64,000 nt of DNA from positions 8,605,720-8,669,719 of the forward strand of contig NC_068997.1 of assembly GCF_001194135.2 (NCBI RefSeq), written 5' to 3'. Positions 25,727-38,514 of the stretch are shown here, one piece after another. The DNA comes from Octopus bimaculoides (lineage: Eukaryota). The notes beneath the pieces are model-generated. The model was not told the DNA's origin. It did no database searches and was given only the letters and a program-made list of their open reading frames with translations. The translations under genes were made by a program, and so were the position numbers. Position 1 is the stretch's first letter. Each line of letters opens with the position of its first letter.

Positions 25727-25838
25727 TTGGTCCAGTGGTTAGGGTGTTGCACTCACGATCACAAGATCGTGGTTTCAATTCCCAGATCAATGGCACATTG
25801 TGTTCTTGAGCAAAACACTTCATTTCATTTTGCTTCAG
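25727..25838 (+). mobile_element. tRNA-head plus CORE-like 5' part of SINE family D2
   Basis: TGGTCCAGTGGTTAGG A-box, GGTTTCAATTCCC B-box, TCTTGAGCAAAACACTT CORE-like motif. Confidence 0.65.
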
Positions 25839-25844
25839 TGTGTT

Positions 25845-26076
25845 ACAAGGCTGGCCCCTTTGAAATTACAGGTACAATAGAAACAGGAAGAAAGAGTGAG
25901 AGAAAGTTGTGGTGAAAGAGTACAGCAGGGTTTTCCACCAATCCCCTGCCAGAGCCTTGTGGAGCTTTAAGTGTTTTCACTCAATAAACACTCACAACGC
26001 CCAGTCTGGGAATCGAAACCACGATCCCATGACCGTGAGTCTGCTGCCCTAACCACTGGGCCATTGCACCTCCACA
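25845..26076 (-). mobile_element. SINE family D, 5' part
   Basis: Minus strand reads TGTGGAGGTGCAATGGCCCAGTGGTTAGGG..GGTTTCGATTCCC..; homologous to 46184-46547. Confidence 0.82.
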
Positions 26077-27565
26077 TGTATATATGTATACTGTTGGGGA
26101 GCATGGATGAAGTAATGTAATTGTTTCGTTCTGTTGTTCTCATTTCTTTATATTCTGTTGCTCTTTGTTTGCTTACCTTTTGACAGAAGGTTTTTTTCAT
26201 TACAATATCAATATCACATCAAATTTTTTATTCTGCCATTGAGAGACAATCATAGATGGTGGCAGTCACTGTGGATTATCTTTTATTTTATCTTTTGTTT
26301 ATTTATTATTATTTTTTTACTTGTCTCATTCATTGGGCTGCGACCATGCTAGGGCACCATCTTGAAGTGTTTAGTCAAGTAAATCAACACCCCTCCCCCC
26401 GTATATAGTTTCTAAGCCTGGTACTCATTCTGTTGGTCACTTTTGCCAAACCATTAAATTACAGGGATGTGAACAATCCAACACTGGCTATCATGAAGGG
26501 GTGGTTTGGAGAACACACACACACACACACATTCACCCTCAAGGGCATTGGTCAGCTTGGGGCTATAGTAAAAGACACTTACTCAAGGTGTCACACAGTG
26601 GGACTGAACCTGAGACTATGTGTTTGCAAAGCAAGTTTCTTACTCACACACCATTATCAAATGGTGCTTATCAAAATTAGCAGGTGTCAAAATATAACCC
26701 AGGACATTGTCAAATTTTCTGCCTAATGTTATCAACTATTGTTATCTAAAAAGCTCCATCTGAAAGCAATCCCAACTTTCATTGTAATTAAAAAAAAAAA
26801 ATTCTTTTTGTTTTCCTTCTTGTCCCCTTTTTTTTTTTTGCTGTTATTGATCCTATTACTATACATACTACAAAAGTAACCCTGCAAAAGCTCCCCACCA
26901 CCACCACCACCTTGCTATTCTTCCAATCACAGCCTAGAAGTACCTACCCTGTCCACATGTAAACAACACTGCCAAAAATTTATATGTCAAAATCTTTTGC
27001 ATGCTTCGAGGTCATTAATTTAAGTTTAGACCCATTTAAAAGAATAAAAGAATTTAGTTAGAGAAACATTTGCACAAAATCTACTTAAAATGACTCAGCA
27101 AAGTTAATTTAAGGAAACTAAACGCAACTGCACGACTTATTTCAGTGTTTATACATTTTAAAAATAATATGTAATTTTTAAATTACCTTATGGCTGTATT
27201 AATAAGATAAAAAAACAAAAATTCAGCTTCTTTTAATGATGATACATTTCTGCCTGAAGGAATTGGCATATCGATTATTAGACACAGTAGTTTCTTTTGG
27301 TTATGCATTTACTACATCAGTGTGGTTGAGGCAGTACCTCAAGACTTCTATTCACAGCCATGCCCCCCCCCTTTTTTTTATTGTCACATGACTTTTGTAT
27401 GTTTGTTTGTTTTTTTAAATTGTTGTCTTTTTTACATTATTCTTGGGGTTTTACTCACACAGTTTGTGGATTATTTCAATTTAGTAATGCCTCAGGATTA
27501 TCTCGAAGGAGAAGTCCTCCTACCTTGTCTTTTCTTTTCCTTTCCTCTTTGTAGTATAGACACAC

Positions 27566-27600
<35 letters not shown>

Positions 27601-27659
27601 TACACACACACACACACACACAGATACAAACATACATGCACTCACACACACTCACATGT

Positions 27660-27751
<92 letters not shown>

Positions 27752-28610
27752 TTATATATATATATATATGTATGTATGTTATATATATATATATATATAT
27801 ATNNNNNNNNNNNNNNNNNNNNNNNNNNNNNNNNNNNNNNNNNNNNNNNNNNNNNNNNNNNNNNNNNNNNNNNNNNNNNNNNNNNNNNNNNNNNNNNNNN
27901 NNNNNNNNNNNNNNNNNNNNNNNNNNNNNNNNNNNNNNNNNNNNNNNNNNNNNNNNNNNNNNNNNNNNNNNNNNNNNNNNNNNNNNNNNNNNNNNNNNNN
28001 NNNNNNNNNNNNNNNNNNNNNNNNNNNNNNNNNNNNNNNNNNNNNNNNNNNNNNNNNNNNNNNNNNNNNNNNNNNNNNNNNNNNNNNNNNNNNNNNNNNN
28101 NNNNNNNNNNNNNNNNNNNNNNNNNNNNNNNNNNNNNNNNNNNNNNNNNNNNNNNNNNNNNNNNNNNNNNNNNNNNNNNNNNNNNNNNNNNNNNNNNNNN
28201 NNNNNNNNNNNNNNNNNNNNNNNNNNNNNNNNNNNNNNNNNNNNNNNNNNNNNNNNNNNNNNNNNNNNNNNNNNNNNNNNNNNNNNNNNNNNNNNNNNNN
28301 NNNNNNNNNNNNNNNNNNNNNNNNNNNNNNNNNNNNNNNNNNNNNNNNNNNNNNNNNNNNNNNNNNNNNNNNNNNNNNNNNNNNNNNNNNNNNNNNNNNN
28401 NNNNNNNNNNNNNNNNNNNNNNNNNNNNNNNNNNNNNNNNNNNNNNNNNNNNNNNNNNNNNNNNNNNNNNNNNNNNNNNNNNNNNNNNNNNNNNNNNNNN
28501 NNNNNNNNNNNNNNNNNNNNNNNNNNNNNNNNNNNNNNNNNNNNNNNNNNNNNNNNNNNNNNNNNNNNNNNNNNNNNNNNNNNNNNNNNNNNNNNNNNNN
28601 NNNNNNNNNN

Positions 28611-28651
<41 letters not shown>

Positions 28652-29105
28652 ATATATACATACATACACCTATATGGGAGGTAGTTTTCAGCACTCAGTA
28701 ATGAGCAAACATTGGAATATGAGAACAGCAACAATGGCAATGAAAGATTAGAAAAACTGAAAAATTGCCACAACACTATATACATATACTTGCACATAGA
28801 TACATACACACATGCGCACACACATACACCTGTGTGTATACAGATATTTGTTTTGTGTGTGTGTGTATGAGAGATTGAGCAAATGGATGTTAGTGCATGC
28901 AAACATGTGTGGAGGCGTGGAATATTCAATTCAAGCTGGAGTTCCATTGTTACAACTCTTGAATTTCTTCCTGGTAAATTGCAAAAATGAGACTTGGTTA
29001 CAACATTGAAATTACAACTTTGAATTATATACCTGCACACACACACGCACATAGAAATTTATTATTTGAGGAGGATTTCTAGTCAGTAAGTAACTTTTCA
29101 ACATT

Positions 29106-29292
29106 GGGAGGTCACAGCTCCAGTACTATGGACATGTGATTAGAATGTTGAAGGAAATAATCACAAGACGGATTCTTCAAGCCAAACCAGATTGCAGATC
29201 TAGAAGTAGACCAAGAACAGATTGAAGATAAGGCCATGAGAGAAATTGGTGAAGTCAGATCTGAAAAGGTGCTGGACCATAATGGGTTAGAT
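29106..29292 (+). mobile_element. RTE-clade LINE C-terminal remnant
   Basis: 29106-29225 translates to GRSQLQYYGHVIRMLKEIITRRILQAKPDCRSRSRPRTD*, matching the post-RT RTE pattern R.QL.(W/Y).GHV.RM...R..GRPR.RW as I recall it; the frame is broken. Confidence 0.75.
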
Positions 29293-29566
29293 CAGGGGTT
29301 TTCAAACTGTGGTCCACGGACCACAGGGGGTCCGTGGACAGTAAATACTTTTTATGGGCAATTTGATTTTATATATGTTTTTTAATCGAAATCTTTTAAT
29401 TGACAGTAAACCTATTTGTTAAATACTGTTAAATAAATAAATGTAAAAATATATGTTATTTTAAGCAAACATTTATGTATAAATTTCATGAGTATTTATA
29501 AGGGGTCCCTAAGGTAAAGCCTGAAATATAAAGGGGTCCGCAAGTCAAAAAGTTTGAAAACCCCTG
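29293..29566. mobile_element. hAT-superfamily MITE (274 bp)
   Basis: Perfect 16-bp TIR CAGGGGTTTTCAAACT / AGTTTGAAAACCCCTG; exact 8-bp TSD GGTTAGAT (29285-29292 and 29567-29574). Confidence 0.93.
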
Positions 29567-29889
29567 GGTTAGATGACAAAATGGACTGTAACAAGTGTCA
29601 GTATTTTGTACTGTAGATTATGGTGGCCATAATCATTATCATATCGAGAAATCATTATCACATTGAGAAAAAAAGCTTAGCGATGTTTCTTGTAACTTCA
29701 CTTCCTGAGTTCAAATGCCACCAGGGTCAACTTTGCCTTTCCTCAATAAAATAAGTACCAGTCAAGCACTGGGGTCAATGTAATTGACTCCCCCACCCCC
29801 ACTGGCTTGTGCCAAAATTTTGAAGCCAATATTTTATGCTGTTGATATGTTTAAGCTATGTTAGTATGGAAAATGGATAATATTTAAAA

Positions 29890-30230
29890 TGCATCATCAT
29901 CATTTAACGTCTACTTTCCATACTGGCATGGGTTGGACGGTTTGACTGAGGACTGATGAGCCAGAGGCTGCACCAGGCTCAATCTGGTCTGACAAAGTTT
30001 CTACAGCTGGATGCCCTTCCTAATGCCAACCACTCCGAGAGTGTAGTGGGTGCTTTTTACGTGCCACCGGTACGAAGGCCAGTCAGGCGGTTCTGGCAAT
30101 GACCACGCTCACAAGGTGTTTTTACGTGCTACCTGCACGGGAGCCAGTCCAATGGCACTGGCAACAACCACGCTCGAATGTTGTTTTTCACGTGCCACCA
30201 GCACGTGTGCCGGTAAGGCGACGCTGGCTG
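29890..30230 (-). mobile_element. Family C (RTE-tail), long form
   Basis: (CAT)n-TTAACGTC..CATGGGTTGGACGG..CTACAGCTGGATGCCCTTCCTAATGCCAACCACTCCGAGAGTGTAGTGGGTGC on plus. Confidence 0.82.
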
Positions 30231-31023
30231 ACACACACATAACTATTGTCATCATTTTTATGTCCAATTTCCATCTAAGCATGGGTTAGATGAGTTCTCC
30301 CTATCTGAGGCAGTTTTTCCTTTTTTCCCTCTAATAGTTCTTCTAGTTAGGCTGAAGGATTATGCCTCACTCAAAACATTCTGTTAAGTTGGCTTTACAC
30401 ATTATACTCTTGTCTAAATACCTTAATTACATCTAATGAAGGTTAACGAAGACCCTCTATGCAACTGAAAATATTTTGACCCTTTTTGCTCCAACAAAGT
30501 GAATCTAGTCTGTGTGTGGTTAGATGAATAAACAGGGTTAAAAAAGCACACTATACATGTACATAGGGTGGTGCTCCAGCATGACTAAAATAAATAAAAG
30601 AATTTGTTCCAGAATGGTAATTAAGTTCATCATTACTCATCACATATCATCTCTCTTCACATGATTTGTGTTGATGTATCTTTTTGTCACCTGAAAGATC
30701 ACTCACAAGAAACTGCGATACAACAGACTGAACCATCACTTTCAAACACACGCACACACACACACACATTGTTATCTTAATCCATAGATTAAAAACTGTC
30801 AAGCAGTAAAGAACTCTCTTCATAGAGTACTATTTTTATTTTCAATGAATGTCTTACATATGTTCTGATGTTTTAAATCTAATAGATTCTCTTTGGGGAA
30901 CTCTAAATATATTAAGTGTTCCCAAAGAGAATTAGATTCAAAAATTAGTACTTTTGATAGAAAACTCTTTGAAAATATCTTTCTACTTATCTATCTAATT
31001 TTCTATCTACGTATCTAAACTAA

Positions 31024-31039
<16 letters not shown>

Positions 31040-31062
<23 letters not shown>

Positions 31063-31118
31063 CTACCTGTCTATCTACCTGTCTACCTACCTACCTACCT
31101 ACCTGTCTACCTACCTAC

Positions 31119-31200
<82 letters not shown>
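31040..31200. repeat. Compound (ATCT)n/(ACCT)n tetranucleotide microsatellite
   Basis: Direct observation. Confidence 0.96.
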
Positions 31201-31202
<2 letters not shown>

Positions 31203-31746
31203 ATTTATTTAACTATGACCTCTCTCTTTCTCTCTCTGCCTCACTATATTTTAACTAATGTATGTGAATGTGCTGGTGTGTGTGTGTGTGTGGTAAATAG
31301 AAGCAATGGAAAGATAAGAATTCAATAGATGGTTTTACACAGTGTTGGAGATTTCTTAGAGAACTGCAGCTTTATACTTTTATAGTTGGGCATCCTATAT
31401 CATCCACCATTCCAATGTGGCTGAATGGACAGTGTAGTATACTAAAGAATTATGATGGTTGTGTAGGGCCTGTGAGTGTGTGTAGCTGTGTGTGGTTTTA
31501 TGTAACAAATCTACTGACCCTTAATAGCTTGTTGAGTGACTACCAACACTTTTGTCTTCAAGTTGTGTGTCAAGGATGAGTTTGTTTGTGGTTGAGTCTT
31601 TTCCTTGTTGGTCTGAAATCCCAAGTAAAAAAGGGTCAGGCAAGTTGTCTGAACCACACCTCAAACATCCATTCCAACTTATCCTGATAGAAGTGCTTGT
31701 CATCACTCCATAGCTCTTTCTCTCCATTTTTTTCATATACTCATAT

Positions 31747-31910
31747 AGGCGCAGGAGTGGCTGTGTGATAAGTAGCTTGCTTACCAACCACATGGTTCCG
31801 GGTTCATTCCCACTGCATGGTACCTTGGGCAAGTGTCTTCTACTATAGCCTTGGGCCGACCAAAGCCTTGTGAGTGGATTTGGTAGACGGAAACTGAAAG
31901 AAACCCGTCG

Positions 31911-31941
<31 letters not shown>

Positions 31942-32136
31942 CTGTGTTTGTCCTTCCAACATCACTTGACAACCGATGCTGGTGTGTTTACGTCCCCGTA
32001 ACTTAGCAGTTCGGCAAAAGAGATCGATAGAATAAGTACTAGGCTTCCAAAGAATAAGTCCTGGGGTCGATTTGCTCGACTAAAAGGCGGTGCTCCAGCA
32101 TGGCCGCAGTCAAATGACTGAAACAAATAAAAGAGC
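31747..32136 (+). mobile_element. Family-A SINE, young and full length (tRNA-derived, CORE-like domain, internal TA/TG microsatellite)
   Basis: A-box TGGCTGTGTGA, B-box GGTTCATTCCC, ACCTTGGGCAAGT shared with the MIR CORE motif, and complete 3' tail. Confidence 0.92.
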
Positions 32137-32225
32137 ATATATATATACATATATATATATATATTATACACATACACACACACACTGTATTTTAACAGTG
32201 TGTTATTTATTTGTGTATGTATGTA

Positions 32226-32525
32226 TGCGTATGTGTGAAGGCCTGTGGCTTAGTGCTTAGGATATTCAGCTCACAATCATATGGTTGTGAGTTCAATTTA
32301 CAGTGGCACATTCGTGTCCTTGAGCAAGATACTTTATTTCACATTGCTGCAATCCATTCAGCTGGTAAAAATGTGTAGTGCCTGTATTTCAAAGGGCCAG
32401 CCATGTTGCATTGTGTCACGCTGAGTCATCCTGAAAACTACATTAAGGGTACATGTGTCTGTGGTGTACTCAACCATTTGCACGTTAATTTCATAAACAG
32501 GCTGTTCCATTGATTGGATCAACTG
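32226..32525 (+). mobile_element. SINE family D2
   Basis: tRNA-like head with CORE-like CCTTGAGCAAGATACTT, then the same 3' module as family D (CCTGTATTTCAAAGGGCCAGCC..GATCAACTG). Confidence 0.75.
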
Positions 32526-32605
32526 CATATATATATGTGTATGTATGTATACATGTATATACCGACCCATGCTAGCATGGAAGGTGGACATTAAACGATG
32601 ATGAT

Positions 32606-32641
<36 letters not shown>

Positions 32642-33760
32642 TATTCTTATATGCATATTATAAAACTAAAGTGCTTTTATTCTTTATATTTCTTCATTTA
32701 ATTTCTAAATATAAAAAAAAAAAAATTTTGTCCAAGCAGATATAAAAATCAGTTTTATTATTATTCAAATCAGCAAGTTAACAATGGTGTATGATTAATT
32801 ATCTTGTAAAATTCTAATTATATTGCCAACAGGTTGAGAATATTAATGATGCTGTAGCTACATTTCTTGAGTGAAGCCTTTCTGAATCCGTTTCATGAAC
32901 TCAGGTGCTTTTAAATCCCTCCTCACAACCTCCATGCTTGTCTTTTACAATTTTTCCTTCAGTGTGAAATGGAAAAGGAAATAAAATTTTCTTTATGGAT
33001 TCTAATCAAAATTAGTAAAATGAGACGNNNNNNNNNNTCGTTATTACGTGAGGTTTTTGCATGTGTGCGTATGTGCATTTTCGTTTTTGCTTTTATTATT
33101 ATTTTGTCAGTTTTGTTTTCGCATGACTCTAGTGCAAGTGGAATGGTTTTTGTTGGCACTGTGGTTTCTTACAGACGGATGCCTTCTATTAGCGCTAACC
33201 ATGCTTAACAAGTCGACTGTGAAGAAGAACTTTGGAAATTGTTATTTAGTCAAGCAGATGGAGACAAGTAGAGTTATGTGTTTTGCTCAGGGGTCACAAG
33301 AGAAAAGTTGTAATACATGTAGTGGTACTCCCTTAATCTTACAGTCAATGTACCTCTTGATTTGTAATTGTTGTTTAGCAATAAATCAGCCCTGACTGAA
33401 CAGGCTGACGATAATCAAAGACATTCCAGCCTTGACCATACCAACATTTCTATTCTAGGCATAGTGCATCCTAGACTATATTATTCAATGTAGTAGTTGG
33501 GTTTTTTTTTTGGGGGGGGAGGGAGTTTTTTTTGTTGACATTGTTTTTTCAAAGATGGCAGATTGTAAGCTGGAAGATCTTAGACTGCTATTTTGAGCCG
33601 GTTGTGTAACCATATAGATGCTCTCTTGTTGGCTCAGCTTGGTTTGTGGTGAACACAGTTCATCCAAGACTGCAGCCAATTGGGATTGAACCCATTGCTA
33701 CTACTGCCACCTCCATCACCAAAGCCCTACTCTTTGCATTGATTATATATAAATCTATAT

Positions 33761-34060
33761 CAGTGGTTACCAAAGTAGGCAGTACTGCCCCCTTGGAGGA
33801 AGTGGGGAGAACCGGGGGTGGGGATGCATTGGAGAAAAGTGGGGTTATAATGGAGTGGCCAAAAGAGGGGTGATGGATGTTATAAAAAGAAACCCAAGAT
33901 GATGGGTTGATTGGGTTAAGTTTTATTTGTGAAATACGGTTGTTTTGAATTTGCTGCAGAAAGTGGTCCATGTTTGTGGTGAATGGTGTTGGTGGGGATG
34001 CTAGGAATGTGGCCTGGGTGCCAAGCGGGTGGGCAGCCCAGAAAAGTTTGGGAAGCACTG
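33761..34060. mobile_element. hAT (Charlie-like) MITE (300 bp)
   Basis: Imperfect TIR CAGTGGTTACCAAAGT / AGTTTGGGAAGCACTG; 8-bp TSD ATCTATAT / ATCTAGAT. Confidence 0.82.
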
Positions 34061-35511
34061 ATCTAGATTATAAACAACATGGAGTAAAGAAAAAGCTTTG
34101 GTTATAACTGAGGTTTCTGCTCTTCTGCTTGGAAACTTCTTCCATCCTCGTTGTTAAGAGACAACAGAGCCTGTTACAGCTTCTAGCCTTGTCAGCTCCT
34201 GCCAAACTATCCAACCCATGGCGGGATGGAAAACGGGTGTTAAACGATGACGCGGATGAAACTAAAAGCCCGTTGTGTGTGTGTGTGTACCCTTGGCCAG
34301 ACATCATTTGGTGTTGATGAACATCACCAGCATGCAAATGATGCTGTTCAGTTCCTTTCGTCTATAAAAAACATATCTGGCCGTGGGGGACATATTACCT
34401 TGCTTGGAAACAGGTGAGAATTGGCGATGGCAGGGACATCCAACCATAGAGAAGTCTGTCACAACAAATTCTATCTCACCCATGCAAACATGGAAGAGTG
34501 GACAGTAACTGATGATGATGATTTAAAACCCTACTGAGGTTGACTTTGCCTTTCACCTCCCTCTGGTAGATATAAGTACCAGTCAAGTGTGACAGGAGGA
34601 GGTTGATTAATTCTGACGCCCCCTCCCTTCGAATAAAAATCGTTAATTAGTTCACTTCCCTCTCAAATGTCTCTGTATTTGTGTGTGCGCATTCATGTAT
34701 GTTTATTTGTGTGAGTGTGTGTATGTGTGTGTTAGTATGTGTGAAACACTGAAAATCTGCACTCTCAAAAGAAATTTTAGATTGGCAAATCCTTTTAATC
34801 TTAAAATACATGTTTTATTTTTACTTGTTTCTCATTAGAAAATTTTTTGTCTTTTTATTGTTCCAGAATGATCATTTTTAGATCATTATGGACTGCAACA
34901 AATTTGAACTAATTAAACTGGGTTTTCTTTCTTTTGGTTTTTATATTTTTTTTAGTTTGTATTTTCCTCTTTTCTCAAAATAAAAACAAAAACAAAACAA
35001 ACCAATCAATCATTTCTCATTTAGAATACTTTTACAGCTTTATTTTCTCAATGCTGCTCTGGACTTAAGAGCTCCTAAATTCTTTGTGATACTGAATTTA
35101 TGATTTCAGTTCAAACCCCAGATGGATCAACTTCATTTTGTTTTCTGGGGTTAATAACATAACCCTGTCAGTGGTTTTCGCAGAGTTAATTCTCACCACT
35201 ACATGGCTTCTTTGCAAATATAGATATTTATATGTGTGTGTGTGGCCTATTGCCAAATTTAGAAATCCAAATTGTAATTATCATAATTTATCTATTTGTT
35301 TGTTTATTTATTTATTACAAAATACAGGAAGTTATTGTAAAGAAATTACATTAACAATATAAGGAGAGGGTTTGTAATCTTCGTTAACAGATACCAATAT
35401 GGTGGCTTATACTTAGTATCCAATGAATATGATATTCATCATATGTTGTTTTATATATATACGCATACAAGCATACATATAAATATACATATGTATATAT
35501 TCATATATGTA

Positions 35512-35575
<64 letters not shown>

Positions 35576-35867
35576 NNNNNNNNNNNNNNNNNNNNNNNNN
35601 NNNNNNNNNNNNNNNNNNNNNNNNNNNNNNNNNNNNNNNNNNNNNNNNNNNNNNNNNNNNNNNNNNNNNNNNNNNNNNNNNNNNNNNNNNNNNNNNNNNN
35701 NNNNNNNNNNNNNNNNNNNNNNNNNNNNNNNNNNNNNNNNNNNNNNNNNNNNNNNNNNNNNNNNNNNNNNNNNNNNNNNNNNNNNNNNNNNNNNNNNNNN
35801 NNNNNNNNNNNNNNNNNNNNNNNNNNNNNNNNNNNNNNNNNNNNNNNNNNNNNNNNNNNNNNNNNNN

Positions 35868-35925
<58 letters not shown>

Positions 35926-35928
35926 CAT

Positions 35929-36322
35929 AGGTGCAGGAGTGGCTGTGTGGTAAGTAGCTTTCTTACCAACCACGTGGTTCCGGGTTCAGTCCCACTCTGT
36001 GGCACCTTGGGCAAGTGTCTTCTACTATAGCCTCGGGCCGACCAAAGCCTTGTGAGTGGATTTGGTAGACGGAAACTGAAAGAAGCCCGTCGTATATATG
36101 TATATAAATATATGTATGTTTGTCCCCCCCAACATCGCTTGACAACCAATGCTGGTGTGTTTACGTCCCCGTAACTTAGTGATTCGGCAAAAGAGACCGA
36201 TAGAATAAGTAAGTACCAAGCTTTAAAAGAGAGAATGTACTGGGGTCGATGCGTTTGACTAAAATTCTTCAAGGCGTTGCCCCCAGCGTAGCCATAGTCT
36301 AATGACTGACACCAGTAAGAAT
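35929..36322 (+). mobile_element. Family-A SINE
   Basis: Full head to tail match to 31747-32136. Confidence 0.9.
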
Positions 36323-37224
36323 AGAAGAAAAGCGAATATTTAAAAGAGCTGCCTGTGGGGGAATCCCCCTAAAGTTCTTGGCCCACGCAAAATATTATTA
36401 CCAATTTTATTCCATCTCTAGTGTTGCTAGCAGGACTGTGGAGTTGGAAATGATTAAGGGGTAGCTAGAGTCAGAGCTATACTGACTCCCACTCCGACTC
36501 GCAATATCTTTAATAAACCAGTTATAAGATAGAGGCCTACTCAAAGTACGAGTGTAGGCATATGCTTTATGAGATGTGTAGACCACCAGTGGCCGGGTGG
36601 TCGGGTTGCCAGCTTGCCTGATGGCAAGTGGGCCCCTGTGCCATTAGAATCTATATATGGGGGCCCATCTCCTCAAGTTTGAGAATTTTTTATTCACTCC
36701 TGGAAGAATGCATTATTTCAGCTTGGCTGTGTTTGTAGACAGTTGAAAAGAATACTTTTAACAAAAAAAAAACAAAAAAAAAAAATTGAATGATACCATT
36801 GTAGTTGCAAGTGGGCCCTCTTGGTCTCCTAGCAACCAATATTTTTAGACCCATGATCTTCAAAAGTTGGGTCTCATGGAAGCAATGACAAGTGATCGAG
36901 ACCTTTGGTGATTTGCTGTGCTTGTGAAGATTCACCAAGTGAAATCATAGTTATGGCTAGTGCCACTGACACATAAAAGCACCCGTGCCAGTGACAGGTA
37001 AAAGGCACTACACTCTTGGAGTGGTTGGCGTTAGGAAGGGCATCCAGCCATAGAAATCATGGCAAAAATCAATTCTTCTTGGGACAATCCTTCCTCAAGT
37101 TTCCTCTGCAATTAAAGACCACTTTCTTTTTATGCAGTTGTCCTCATCCATACATATGCATCACATTACCATACCACCATAGTCATCTCTCTCCCCCCAC
37201 CACCACACACACATACATGAGAAG

Positions 37225-37456
37225 CGAGCTGGCAGAAACGTGAGCAAATCGGGCGAAATGCTTAGCGGTATTTCGTCTGCCGTTACGTTCTGAGTTCAAA
37301 TTCCACCAAGGTCGACTTTACCTTTCATCCCTTCGGGGTCGATAAATTAAGTACCAGTTATGCACTGGGGTCGATGTAATCGACTTAATCCCTTTGTCTG
37401 TCCTTGTTTGTCCCCTCTATGTTTAGCCCCTTGTGGGCAAAAAAAAAAAAATAATA
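37225..37456 (+). mobile_element. B3 SINE nested in a minus-strand family-A SINE, 18-bp TSD
   Basis: TSD ACACACATACATGAGAAG at 37207-37224 and 37457-37474; the A head continues 37475-37635. Confidence 0.92.
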
Positions 37457-38132
37457 ACACACATACATGAGAAGCTTCTTTCCAGTTTCTGTTTAACAAA
37501 TCCACTCACAAGGGTTTATTTAGCCCTGAACTATAGTAGAAGACACTTGACCATGGTTCCATGCAGTGGGATTGAACCCAAAGCTGTATAGTTGGAAAGC
37601 AAACTTTTTAACCACACAGCCATCTTGGCGCCTACTACAATACCATATTCTTAGGAAAAAATAAATAAATACAAATTCAATTAATCCCTATTAGTTTTCT
37701 ATAAAACACACATAAAAGCATATTATGATAACTAAGCCAAGATGAAATATAGAAAATTATTTAATCTAAATATATCGCATGCTACCACACCTCGAATTTT
37801 GAATGCTACTAACTATTAGGACCATGTAAAACTGGTAAAGTTGGTATAGGAACTCTATGTAACTATTTTGGTCCATTTTCTTTTCTCTGTGTATTTAGTT
37901 TTTTTTTCTTTTCTTTTCTTTCTATATTTTCTTAAAAATATTTTGTCATTTCGTCAAAGTTGTACTTGACTGATAAGAGGAAAGATTTGAGAAAATTTTG
38001 TAATTCATAAGCTGGATAAGGTCACACAGTAAAATTTGTTTAACCTGAGTATTTCTTCAGGTATTTTGTGTGTATGTATATTTATTTATCTATTAACATG
38101 TGTGTGTTTGTGTGTGTGTGTGTGTGTGTGTA

Positions 38133-38514
38133 TGCGCAGGAGTGGGTGTGTGATAAGAAGCTTGCTTCCCAACCACTTGGTTCCAGGTTCAGTCCCACTG
38201 TGTGGCATCTTGAGCAAGTGTCTTCTACTATAGCCTCTGGCCGACCAAAGCCTTGTGAGTGGATTTGGTAGATGAAAACTGAAAGAAGCCCATCATATAT
38301 ATATTTGTATATATATGAATATGTTTGTGTGTCTGTGTTTGTCCCCCCACCATTGACAACCGATGTTGGTGTGTTAACATCCCCGTAACTTAGCAGTTTG
38401 GCAAAAGAGACCGATAGAATAAGTACTGGCGGTGGGGTGGGGTGGGGTCAATCTGTTTGACTAAATGCGGTGCTCCAGCATGGCCGCAGTCAAATGACTG
38501 AAACAAGTAAAAAG
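38133..38514 (+). mobile_element. Family-A SINE
   Basis: Full head to tail match. Confidence 0.88.

Noticed and set aside
26008-26076. tRNA-like A and B boxes
   Set aside because: No closed cloverleaf; it runs into SINE D body sequence, so it is a SINE head and not a tRNA gene.
27322-29052. Long ORFs of 139-459 aa here and at 10698, 13372, 35413, 53142, 60756 and 62843
   Set aside because: They are read-throughs of N gaps and TA/CA microsatellites.
32923-32942. TCACAACCTCC resembling the miR-67/307 5' end
   Set aside because: The 3' half diverges and there is no complementary arm upstream.
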